Part shown: positions 50,495 to 59,379 of the stretch, piece after piece
Numbering within the stretch: the stretch's first letter is position 1
How the letters are laid out: the number at the start of each line of letters is the position of its first letter
Source: a virus
Strand: one strand, 5' to 3'
IMG/VR virus record: IMGVR_UViG_3300005265_000433
Coordinates: 3,790-67,789 of that record
Length of the DNA: 64,000 nucleotides
Position numbers and translations under genes: made by a program
Notes under the pieces: model-generated
Database searches by the model: none
What the model saw: the letters and a program-made list of their open reading frames with translations, nothing else
Told to the model about the DNA's origin: nothing

Positions 50495-50797
50495 AGCAGT
50501 AACATTGGCAGGCATATTAAAAATATCAGGGCCATAAGTTGCAACTACTTCAGCAATTGTCATACCACCAACAGGAAGGGATACCTGTGTGCAACCATAC
50601 TTAACTAATGCAAACTGAGCATCAGAAACCTGGTCATTACTGGACTGCTGGTTAACTTGAGTGTCAAGAATAAGTTGAACTAACTGGTCTTTAACAGTTT
50701 TAGAAACACCAGTGATTCCTTTTTCAGCACAAATATCTCTCAGTTCTCGGTTAGTCTTAGCATACAACATTTCACTACTGTACATACTTTCCTCCAT
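50489..50797 (-). CDS. HeH/Rho-N-like domain fused to a partial ubiquitin-like (beta-grasp) domain; no stop codon before the terminator
   Basis: KT..ELR.IC...GITG.SK..K.QLV..IL, then VKYG....LPV.GMTIAEV......FN. Confidence 0.55.
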
Positions 50798-50836
50798 TTA
50801 ATAATTAGAATTATTTAAGGTTAAAACTAATCTTAC

Positions 50837-51523
50837 TTATGATGTTGAAACCTTTCTAACAGATGGTGTAACCATCAATTGACTCATATCGAAGTAGATT
50901 TCATTTCTATCTTCTAATTTACCTTCCAGGTAAGCTTCAAAGATCCAACACATAAGTAAAGCAGCTGCCGCATTGACAAAATAAAGTTGAGGTTCTACAG
51001 AATGTAGTTCTTCACAACTCATTTCATCAGGGCTTTTGTCATCTGGGGTCTGAATCTCAGGATGAAAATCTGTTAAACTTGGACTTAATTTTTTTCCTCC
51101 TTTCTTAATAAAAATTTGAGCGTTTCCATCCACATGATCATTACCACCAGAAATCAAAACACAATCATCAACATGTTTTTCAATATAACTAGACACACAT
51201 TTTCTTGTTTTATGATTATCAACCGATAGAAAAACAACTGTATCTTCACCAATTATTTCATGAATATTATTATCAGTTACATAATCAACCACAGACCTAT
51301 AAAAAATATTTTGAAATTTGTTCTGTAATTCCTTAGCCTTAACTTCAGCTTTATCTCCTAGATTTTCGAACTCTTGTCTTTCAAAATTCTTTGGCTCATA
51401 ATGATCTCCATCAACCAAAAGAATTTGATAACTTTCTTCATCAGTTTTAAAATTCAAATATCTGGAAATTTTTTCAACCAATATAGTACCAATCCCACCA
51501 AGACCAATAAAAATTAATCTCAT
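50837..51523 (-). CDS. ThiF/E1-like adenylating enzyme
   Basis: GLGGIG, VDGD.YE.KN.ERQ, KA, VDN...R, SGGN, SC (candidate catalytic Cys), Q...N. Confidence 0.9.
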   Translation of the reverse strand: MRLIFIGLGGIGTILVEKISRYLNFKTDEESYQILLVDGDHYEPKNFERQEFENLGDKAEVKAKELQNKFQNIFYRSVVDYVTDNNIHEIIGEDTVVFLSVDNHKTRKCVSSYIEKHVDDCVLISGGNDHVDGNAQIFIKKGGKKLSPSLTDFHPEIQTPDDKSPDEMSCEELHSVEPQLYFVNAAAALLMCWIFEAYLEGKLEDRNEIYFDMSQLMVTPSVRKVSTS

Positions 51524-52818
51524 GCACGCCTCCCTTTTTTAGTTTTACTTGCTGCTTTTAATATTTCAGGATTATTACCTAATGGATTTTCCTCCCAATC
51601 TATATCAGCAGTAGTTGCATCAAATTCTTTGTCATCACTTTCATAATCAATGTATTCTGTATTTATTTCGTCAACAATACTACGTAGATTTGGATTAGTA
51701 TTAATATCAAGATTTAACAATTCAGAAACAAAATATTCTAATTCATATGCATAAACACAATTTGCACATGGCATAGTTGGATTACCCAATTCACAGATAA
51801 GTAATTCCAACCAATCTGTGTCATCTTCATGAATTGTTGGATCAGGAAAATAATGATTCTGAAGTTTATTTTCTTTCTTGGATGTTTTATCCTTTTGATC
51901 TAATTTAATATTATCTTTATTTTTTGTATCAGCTGATCCATACCCAGCATACCAATTATAATAATCATCATTGTAAAAATTGTGGTGTGGAGTATATTTT
52001 CTGGCAACCATTGCATAAGTTTTCTTAGTTACATTTGAAAGCCATTCTTCGTTTGTCCAACCTTCTTCTAATAGAGGTTTTTCAAATTTCATAAATTTTT
52101 CATTTCTAATAGTTGCATGAAAATTTTGATTTAACTTTTGAAAATGAGATGACCCAAATATTTGGTAGTTATTTAAAGTACAATTATAAGTATTATTAGA
52201 TTTAATTTTATTAACTGGGATATTGATTGGTATTTTTTCAGTTATAGAAATTAAACCTTCAACATAATCTTCAGCAACACTCCTTACACCACCAACAGAA
52301 TATTCAGCTGATAATGAAAAACTATCTGGTCTTGTTACATTACCAACTGTAATATGAAGACCATCAAAGTCATTTTCATCATTAACATCTACTCCAGAAT
52401 GAAAAGCACTCATACTACCATGTGAATGAATTGAACCAACAAGCATAAAATTATCATCAACCACAATTGATTTATAATCAATTGAAGCTCCTGTAACTTC
52501 TTGTTTTGGGGCTTTAAAAGAAATACTATTTGTATCAGTATTCAAATATATTAATACCATTGCTTCTGAAGAATGTTTATTATATGCCTGTCTAAAAAAT
52601 TCAACAACTTCTTCAAAATCCCGTTGTTTAATTTTAGGCAAATTCATATCTACATATGGTGTAACATCTTCAAGTACTGAAATTTGAGACACTGGTGTTA
52701 AACTATCAACAACACCAATTTTCTTTTTGATGAACATTCCATTTTTACCAATAACATATGAAATACCTGGATTATCAGGTATTTCATTTTTTCCATCATT
52801 AATCAAAACTTCAAACAT
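51520..52818 (-). CDS. JAB/MPN+ metallo-isopeptidase (Prok-JAB) with acidic C-terminal extension
   Basis: SEA, P.Q.V, GSIHSH..MSAFHS..D..DE...GLHIT.G. Confidence 0.9.
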   Translation of the reverse strand: MFEVLINDGKNEIPDNPGISYVIGKNGMFIKKKIGVVDSLTPVSQISVLEDVTPYVDMNLPKIKQRDFEEVVEFFRQAYNKHSSEAMVLIYLNTDTNSISFKAPKQEVTGASIDYKSIVVDDNFMLVGSIHSHGSMSAFHSGVDVNDENDFDGLHITVGNVTRPDSFSLSAEYSVGGVRSVAEDYVEGLISITEKIPINIPVNKIKSNNTYNCTLNNYQIFGSSHFQKLNQNFHATIRNEKFMKFEKPLLEEGWTNEEWLSNVTKKTYAMVARKYTPHHNFYNDDYYNWYAGYGSADTKNKDNIKLDQKDKTSKKENKLQNHYFPDPTIHEDDTDWLELLICELGNPTMPCANCVYAYELEYFVSELLNLDINTNPNLRSIVDEINTEYIDYESDDKEFDATTADIDWEENPLGNNPEILKAASKTKKGRRA

Positions 52819-52828
52819 ATTGTCTCCT

Positions 52829-55216
52829 TTAATTATAAAATTTTATAAAATTTTCTTCTACTGTCTGATTATTAAATATTCTTGGTGATGGTATTCCATA
52901 TTCATTATTTTGGAACTTTTTTATTGTTTTAAAAGTTTGGGGACGTCCATCATTAAATGCATCATCTAAACTAGTTTTAATATTACATTCACTTTTAGAT
53001 GGTTCACTTCCAACATTTTTAAAATGTTCTTTAACAGTTTTTAACCATAAAGTTTGATTATTTGAGAGAACTATTAATTTATCATCTCTATAACAATCAG
53101 TTATTATTCCTTCTATTTTATAAGATTTACTCATGGTTAAACCAATAAATCTAGTTGATGAGGTCTTTTCTATATAATCCCCAACATTAAAACCGTCACA
53201 TTCTAAAGTGGCTGTTCTAATTAAACAACCATTAAATAATTTTTTGGATAAACCTACATCATCTGTAATCGGCAAACTAAATTTAGTTTTATCTTTACAT
53301 GTTGTAAGAATTATTGAAATTTCATTTTCAGATATTTCAAATCCATCAATAACACAGTATAATAAAGATAAGTTATAAAATGATGTCCATTTTGGTACTA
53401 CAATTAATTCTCCTTTATTTAATGATCTAAGTTTTGTTTCTCTTGACATATAATAAACTAAATTATCAAGTTTATTAGATACCTCATTAAAATTATCATA
53501 TGTAATTTGGTTGTTATCTAAATTGATTATTATAGTTTTTCTTCCAGCTGGAGCTAAAGTAGTAAATTCACCAGCGATAAGAAATGAATCTTGCACTATG
53601 AAATTAATATTAATTTTATGTGACAATGAGACATAATCAACTAGTGCAAAACTATTATCTAAAGATAAAAACATATAATTATTTTCTATCTTATCGAAAT
53701 TACATATTACTGAATTATTAATTTGTATACGTCCACGTTCAAAAATTATAGTAGAATCATCCACAACAAATGAATTTCTTTCTTCAAAACACAAATTATT
53801 TCTTTTTTCATATATTGTTAATTTTTTATTTTTTCTAAGTGTTATTCCATCAACAACATATCCTTTAATATCTTTTTCAAGATAAAAATCATACATTGAA
53901 TTAGAATATCTTTTATCCAACGAAGATTTTAATACATAATTACCAGCTATATTATTGACTTTTTCTTTAAAAGTAAAAAATATAGCATTGTGGTTAAATT
54001 TATTTATACCAATGAGTTTATCACCTTCAGATATAATTTTATTATTATACTTAAACTTAGTAACTATTAAATTTTTCTCCTTTAATTTATTTGTAATAAT
54101 ATCATCAACCATATCCTTATTTATTTTATTTAATTCTATCCTGTAAATAATGCTATGGTTTCCTTTAGGAACTAATTCTAGAATTGATTTTTTATAATTA
54201 TCACTACCTCCTCCTATACTTATAATATTTACTAAAATATACCTAATTTTATTCATAACAAATTCATCTTGCAAATTGATGGTAATGTGATCATCATCAT
54301 TAGAAAATGTTATACATTTTTCAATTCCATTATAGGTAACATCATGTTTCCTATTTATTTCTCTGAGTCTATCAATAGAACCAACTGTAGTTTCACCAGT
54401 AAAACTATTAAAAATATTATCTGATAATTTATTTGCGGTAAGATCTATTGATGAGTCTGCATAAAGAAAAGATTTAGTATATTTAAGAAGACTAAACTTT
54501 GGAGAAAATTCATGGCCTAATACTTTAGCTGGATTATTAATACTTTCATATTCCCAAATATAATAATTTGTATGAATTGAATTAGCTCTTCTTGATCGGT
54601 TACTAGTATTTTCAAGATTATATGTTAAATCATTATTATATACTGATACCCAAAAATTATTAACTAACTTATTACATGCCTCCACTTGATTTTCACAATA
54701 ATACAGTGAATGGTCTTCAGGCATACACACACTTTGATTATTATATATATTTGGAAAAGGCATCAGTTGTATAGGTGATTCAAAAGAACTGATTGGACTA
54801 TTACTCAAAAAAACATGTACCAGATTTCTAGAATGAGAAGGCCCAAAAACAATTTGAAAAATCACATATGGGAATAATAACTTAAAACTGTTTTTCCGTT
54901 TAGTTTTAACTTGCGGATAATTGTCTCTAAATTTTTCTAACATTTGATCCCTTATATATGATAATGTAGAATCAAGTGTTATTTTGTGAAATTCTGGTGG
55001 GAATTCCATAATGTAAATTGTTCGTTCTCTTCCCATAAGAATTCCCTTGCAGTTATTTGGAAGAAAACAACTCATGGTTGGTCTACCGAGCTGATTCATT
55101 CCGGCCTGTATTATATTAGAAAGAAACAGTTGGGTAGGTATCACTGTTTTTTCATTATAATTATTTCCCTCCATTATAGAGGTAAAATTTTTTTCAACCA
55201 ATAATTTTGCTGGCAT
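52829..55216 (-). CDS. Prokaryotic E2 (family D-like) domain fused to a long unknown C-terminal region
   Basis: FPYVIF, PFPNIY...VC, FW.S.YNNDL, WE..S..NP. Confidence 0.65.
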   Translation of the reverse strand: MPAKLLVEKNFTSIMEGNNYNEKTVIPTQLFLSNIIQAGMNQLGRPTMSCFLPNNCKGILMGRERTIYIMEFPPEFHKITLDSTLSYIRDQMLEKFRDNYPQVKTKRKNSFKLLFPYVIFQIVFGPSHSRNLVHVFLSNSPISSFESPIQLMPFPNIYNNQSVCMPEDHSLYYCENQVEACNKLVNNFWVSVYNNDLTYNLENTSNRSRRANSIHTNYYIWEYESINNPAKVLGHEFSPKFSLLKYTKSFLYADSSIDLTANKLSDNIFNSFTGETTVGSIDRLREINRKHDVTYNGIEKCITFSNDDDHITINLQDEFVMNKIRYILVNIISIGGGSDNYKKSILELVPKGNHSIIYRIELNKINKDMVDDIITNKLKEKNLIVTKFKYNNKIISEGDKLIGINKFNHNAIFFTFKEKVNNIAGNYVLKSSLDKRYSNSMYDFYLEKDIKGYVVDGITLRKNKKLTIYEKRNNLCFEERNSFVVDDSTIIFERGRIQINNSVICNFDKIENNYMFLSLDNSFALVDYVSLSHKININFIVQDSFLIAGEFTTLAPAGRKTIIINLDNNQITYDNFNEVSNKLDNLVYYMSRETKLRSLNKGELIVVPKWTSFYNLSLLYCVIDGFEISENEISIILTTCKDKTKFSLPITDDVGLSKKLFNGCLIRTATLECDGFNVGDYIEKTSSTRFIGLTMSKSYKIEGIITDCYRDDKLIVLSNNQTLWLKTVKEHFKNVGSEPSKSECNIKTSLDDAFNDGRPQTFKTIKKFQNNEYGIPSPRIFNNQTVEENFIKFYN

Positions 55217-55247
55217 TAAAACCTCCTTATTTAAATATTTAACTATT

Positions 55248-55267
55248 CAATTATTTATATATATAGT
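55248..55267 (-). promoter_or_regulatory. Class-A motif variant ACTATATATATAAATAATTG
   Basis: Upstream of the 795-aa E2-like gene. Confidence 0.5.
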
Positions 55268-55281
55268 TATTATTAAAAATA

Positions 55282-55323
55282 ATGGTTTCCCACATTAAGA
55301 TAAATCAAAATGTGGGAAACCAT
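55282..55323 (-). terminator. 15-bp perfect hairpin
   Basis: atggtttcccacatt-N12-aatgtgggaaaccat. Confidence 0.75.
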
Positions 55324-55334
55324 AAAACACAATA

Positions 55335-57512
55335 CTACAATGAAAAATGTTCTCTAACAAAATCTTCATGCATTCTACATACAACTCCAGTTGGTTTTCT
55401 TAAATGAATAAAAGAACTAATACTGGCATTTCCTTCAAATATCTTTACATTACACGTAGTTGACCTAGCAACAACATCATATTTATCAGTTTTTCTAAAT
55501 CCATCAATTCTAGTTGATGTTATTTTTTTGATAGTTGTCCCAAATTTAAATTTTGGATCAGATATAGAAAAATCATCTGATACCCCATATCTTGAACATA
55601 ATGTTATTGATTCTATTTGATTAGACACGCCTCCTAAAAATTTAACACTAGCTCTAATCTCATTTAAATCTTCATCAAAATAAATAGAAGTTATTCTTAA
55701 ACGGTTAAAACAACTATACATACAAATTATATCACCAACTTTATATTTGACTATTCGATTTTTACAAGATATACTTAATACTTTAGTCTTTTTATCATAC
55801 CAATCATCAAAAGCATCATTCAATACATCTCGTCTGCTATATGGAGTAATTGTTGTGGATTCTGAAACCCACTTATAACCATTTTCAGTTTGTGATAATA
55901 AAAAACTTCCTATGAGTATACTTGATAAACCTTGAATAAAATTAGTTTTGATACCTTTAATGAATTTTGGTTTAGTTGTCAATTGATTAAACTGATTTAA
56001 TGAAATACTTTTATCTGAATTAACAATTAGATTTATTTTTAATCCATTACTAAATAAAAGACAAAACGACCCATTTGAAATAATAACTTTTTCATAAGAT
56101 CCAGTTGATTTTAACAAAATATCATCCTTATCAATATAAAATATAATTTCCTTTCCTTTCTCAAAACCAAAGATATCTTCAATTGATAGTTTTTCAATAT
56201 TGTTAATATCAAATGCTAGTTTAAATACACCATTATTTGTAATTAACGTAATATCTCCATTAATATTTTTTAACACCCTTTCTAAAACATAAGTATTATA
56301 AAGATTATTATTCCAGGTATATATAAAAATATCTCCTTTTTTAAGTTTTGAGCCATCTAAAAGTTCAATCTCAGATAAAATCTCATTTTCTTGTTCAAAT
56401 TTCTTTTGACATATATCTTCATACATACAATATAAATTATTAAAAGAAAAAGAACATTCAGCATCAGTTTTAATATTCCTACATAGTAAAAACTTATCAT
56501 TTTTATGTCTATCAAATATTATATCATCAATAATATAATCAACATCATGAATGGTTATTCTCTCACCACATTCCCAAATATACGTTGTACCATCTTTATC
56601 TTGTAGATTAAAAAATAATTCATTATTCGTTATAAATGTATTATTTAAAATGTTACCATTTTTAGGTAATTCAGAAATGCTACCACTTAACCAATCAATA
56701 ATATCATAAAATACCTCTTTTTTAGATTTGTTAAAATATACTTCATTCGACCGAGTTTTTAATATTATAGCATTAGGTAAATCTATTTTTTTAAACTCTT
56801 TTAATATTTTAGATGGATCTTCTGTGGAAACTTTTTCCCACTCATAATAATTACCAAATAATGAATTACCATAACTGCTAACACATTCAACATAATCATC
56901 GTTAAATGCTGTATTCCATAAGTTATTATTTACAATATTTACAATATTTTTAATATTTTCTTCTCTCTTAATATACTCATAATCATCGCCTGTCAATCCC
57001 TGACATAGATAATTAGTCATATCATCGTGGATTCTTACGTTAAATAGAGGTGCATGATAAACTCTATCATACACACTTCTAATTGGTTTTGGGTTTATAT
57101 ACAACGATACAAATATATTTTTATTAAATAAATTTACGTTTGTTTTAATATACATATAAGGCATATATAAATAAAATGAAATATTTCCATTTAAATCAAC
57201 TTTCTTACATACCTCTTTATTTTTAACTTCAAAAACATTTTTCATATTTAATACTGATTCATTAAATGTTACATAAATTTTTCTATATTGTGGTTGAAAT
57301 TCTTGAATTATATCAACTAAACCGCGTTCAATCGACATATGAATCGAGTTGGACGGTAAATCCATATTTAAATTTAATGAATCAATTGAACATTTTTGTA
57401 AAAAATCTATCAGATGATTTGGATTTTTTTCTATTCCAATCGCGTTTATACCAATATCCGAATCGTAATTTAATGCTTTTATTGTATTACTTTCAATAAA
57501 AAAACCATTCAT
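55335..57512 (-). CDS. Second prokaryotic E2 (family D-like) fusion protein, paralog of 52829..55216
   Basis: MPYMYI, YHAPLFNV...LCQG, LW.T.FNDD, WE..S..DP; start moved to MNGFF after AGGAG. Confidence 0.65.
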   Translation of the reverse strand: MNGFFIESNTIKALNYDSDIGINAIGIEKNPNHLIDFLQKCSIDSLNLNMDLPSNSIHMSIERGLVDIIQEFQPQYRKIYVTFNESVLNMKNVFEVKNKEVCKKVDLNGNISFYLYMPYMYIKTNVNLFNKNIFVSLYINPKPIRSVYDRVYHAPLFNVRIHDDMTNYLCQGLTGDDYEYIKREENIKNIVNIVNNNLWNTAFNDDYVECVSSYGNSLFGNYYEWEKVSTEDPSKILKEFKKIDLPNAIILKTRSNEVYFNKSKKEVFYDIIDWLSGSISELPKNGNILNNTFITNNELFFNLQDKDGTTYIWECGERITIHDVDYIIDDIIFDRHKNDKFLLCRNIKTDAECSFSFNNLYCMYEDICQKKFEQENEILSEIELLDGSKLKKGDIFIYTWNNNLYNTYVLERVLKNINGDITLITNNGVFKLAFDINNIEKLSIEDIFGFEKGKEIIFYIDKDDILLKSTGSYEKVIISNGSFCLLFSNGLKINLIVNSDKSISLNQFNQLTTKPKFIKGIKTNFIQGLSSILIGSFLLSQTENGYKWVSESTTITPYSRRDVLNDAFDDWYDKKTKVLSISCKNRIVKYKVGDIICMYSCFNRLRITSIYFDEDLNEIRASVKFLGGVSNQIESITLCSRYGVSDDFSISDPKFKFGTTIKKITSTRIDGFRKTDKYDVVARSTTCNVKIFEGNASISSFIHLRKPTGVVCRMHEDFVREHFSL

Positions 57513-57571
57513 ACTATTCTCCTTTTTTATGATTAAAAATTTAAAACGTAAAACATATAACATATTATTTT

Positions 57572-57591
57572 CAATTATTAATATATATAGC
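57572..57591 (-). promoter_or_regulatory. Class-A motif variant GCTATATATATTAATAATTG
   Basis: Upstream of the second E2-like gene. Confidence 0.5.
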
Positions 57592-57614
57592 TTTTTTATT
57601 TTTTGAATAAATTA

Positions 57615-57645
57615 AGCCCCCTCTATATTAAAATATAAAGGGGCT
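57615..57645 (-). terminator. Probable terminator hairpin
   Basis: agcccc...tata-loop-tata...ggggct. Confidence 0.55.
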
Positions 57646-57672
57646 CCAATGGAAGGAAATAAGGAAGGTATG

Positions 57673-57978
57673 CTACTTTTTAATACTAAATTTTATATCC
57701 TCTTCATCTTTAAGCCATTCAACTTTATCAAACTTGACTGCTCTCCAACCCTTTTTTTCTAAATCATACACATGTACTAAATTATTTTTATTAATTTGAT
57801 TTAAAATTTTAGGGAGGTTTACTTCTTTTGGCCTATCTGATTTTGGTATTTTATCAAAATTTAAAGTACATAACATAATTCTTTCAGTGCCATCAGCTTT
57901 TTTAAATTTAATTGTAACTGACTCTTCAGCTTTTATCTTTTCTAAAAATTCAATTGCTGAATCAATTGTGTTTGCCAT
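57673..57978 (-). CDS. WYL-like SH3-fold protein (DUF2693-like)
   Basis: FKK.DGT.R.M.CTL and VYDLEK.GWR. Confidence 0.75.
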   Translation of the reverse strand: MANTIDSAIEFLEKIKAEESVTIKFKKADGTERIMLCTLNFDKIPKSDRPKEVNLPKILNQINKNNLVHVYDLEKKGWRAVKFDKVEWLKDEEDIKFSIKK

Positions 57979-57981
57979 GTT

Positions 57982-59010
57982 TTAACTCCTTTTATTTAAA
58001 TGTAATAATGTATCCTTGCTATCAGAATCTAGAATCATTTTTGACATTATTTGACATGTCCAATTGCAACCTTTACACGCAAATATTTTATCAATTCTTA
58101 ACATATTCTTTAATTCTTCCCAATTCACTTCACCATTCTTATCAATAAAATTAATGACTTTAGCATTTGGATATATTGATGAATAACCTTTTACTCTTAA
58201 ACATAATCTAATTTTTCCATCAGCATCAATTGTTAGATTATGAAATGAATCCAATAACTTACAATCTAAATTAGAAGGTAAAATATCATAAATATTTTTT
58301 AAAAGTTCCTGTGACATATGAACATCATAATTTTTATCAATTAATGATTTTAAAATATTCCATACTTTATCACTAGGATATACCATCATTTTTTCATTCG
58401 TCACATTTGAAAAATCATAATGATCATTTTTAGAAATATCTACAAACGTAATACTGCTAGTAATACCATTTTCATCCAAAACTTTAACTAACGGTTCAAT
58501 AGATTCAATATTTTTATTATCAATAGTTATTTCAGCAACTAAATCCTTAACTTTATCTTTCAAAGCTATTAATCTATTTAACCCATTTAAACTTTTTTTA
58601 TACCTATCAGTTTCCTTTTCACCAGAAAAAATAACTGGATCAACCGATGATGTTAATCCATCAACATATTCAGTTTTTTCAAATAATCTTTCCAAAGCTG
58701 GCTGAACTTCATCTGAATTATTAGTAATAATTGTATAATATATTTTTTTATCATTACAAAAATTTATAATCTCTGGTAAGTCTTCTCTTAAAAGGGGCTC
58801 CCCACCATAAAAAATATGAAAACAGAATGGATTATGTTTATGAATTCTTTCTAAAATTTCTAAAACATATTTTGTTGACATTTCATTTATTGTATAATAA
58901 TCCATTGATGGGTAATTTTTATTATGAGGTTCCCTCACAATTCCACAATAAGAACAAGACAAATTACAACGCCTTGTTAATAACCAGTTTACAATAATTA
59001 ATTTATCCAT
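57982..59010 (-). CDS. Radical SAM protein
   Basis: CNLSCSYC, GGEPLLR.D, TN, SVD, plus C-terminal Cys cluster (C...DG.I.LC...CKGC..TC). Confidence 0.9.
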   Translation of the reverse strand: MDKLIIVNWLLTRRCNLSCSYCGIVREPHNKNYPSMDYYTINEMSTKYVLEILERIHKHNPFCFHIFYGGEPLLREDLPEIINFCNDKKIYYTIITNNSDEVQPALERLFEKTEYVDGLTSSVDPVIFSGEKETDRYKKSLNGLNRLIALKDKVKDLVAEITIDNKNIESIEPLVKVLDENGITSSITFVDISKNDHYDFSNVTNEKMMVYPSDKVWNILKSLIDKNYDVHMSQELLKNIYDILPSNLDCKLLDSFHNLTIDADGKIRLCLRVKGYSSIYPNAKVINFIDKNGEVNWEELKNMLRIDKIFACKGCNWTCQIMSKMILDSDSKDTLLHLNKRS

Positions 59011-59013
59011 AAA

Positions 59014-59361
59014 TTATTCTCCAAATTCCCAATTAATTCTATCTTCAGTTATTATTAATATACCTTTAATTGTAGGTGGAAATCCATCATTTTCAAGCTT
59101 ACTCTTAAATGCATTTACAAAATTCTCATAATTTAATATATCTTGAAGTTGGTTATATTGTTCCCTACTTAATACACTATTAGTCGAAAACAACTCTGGT
59201 TGAATTTGTTCACCATTTGCAGTAGCAAAAAATTCCTGATCTTTTTTGCGGGAAGCAAACATTAAAATTATGCGTCCCTTATAAGTAATTTTAATTCGCG
59301 TAACTTCTTTAATTTCATATGATAGATTAAACATAAAGGATACTTGTTTTAATAATTTCAT
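59014..59361 (-). CDS. Hypothetical protein
   Basis: ORF with GAGGA SD before MKLLK. Confidence 0.6.
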   Translation of the reverse strand: MKLLKQVSFMFNLSYEIKEVTRIKITYKGRIILMFASRKKDQEFFATANGEQIQPELFSTNSVLSREQYNQLQDILNYENFVNAFKSKLENDGFPPTIKGILIITEDRINWEFGE

Positions 59362-59379
59362 GACATTCCTCTTTTCCAA

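Noticed and set aside
57982-59010. Radical SAM protein as QueE or viperin
   Set aside because: Lacks the QueE CxxxCxxCDT context and has extra C-terminal Cys; a specific family cannot be supported by eye
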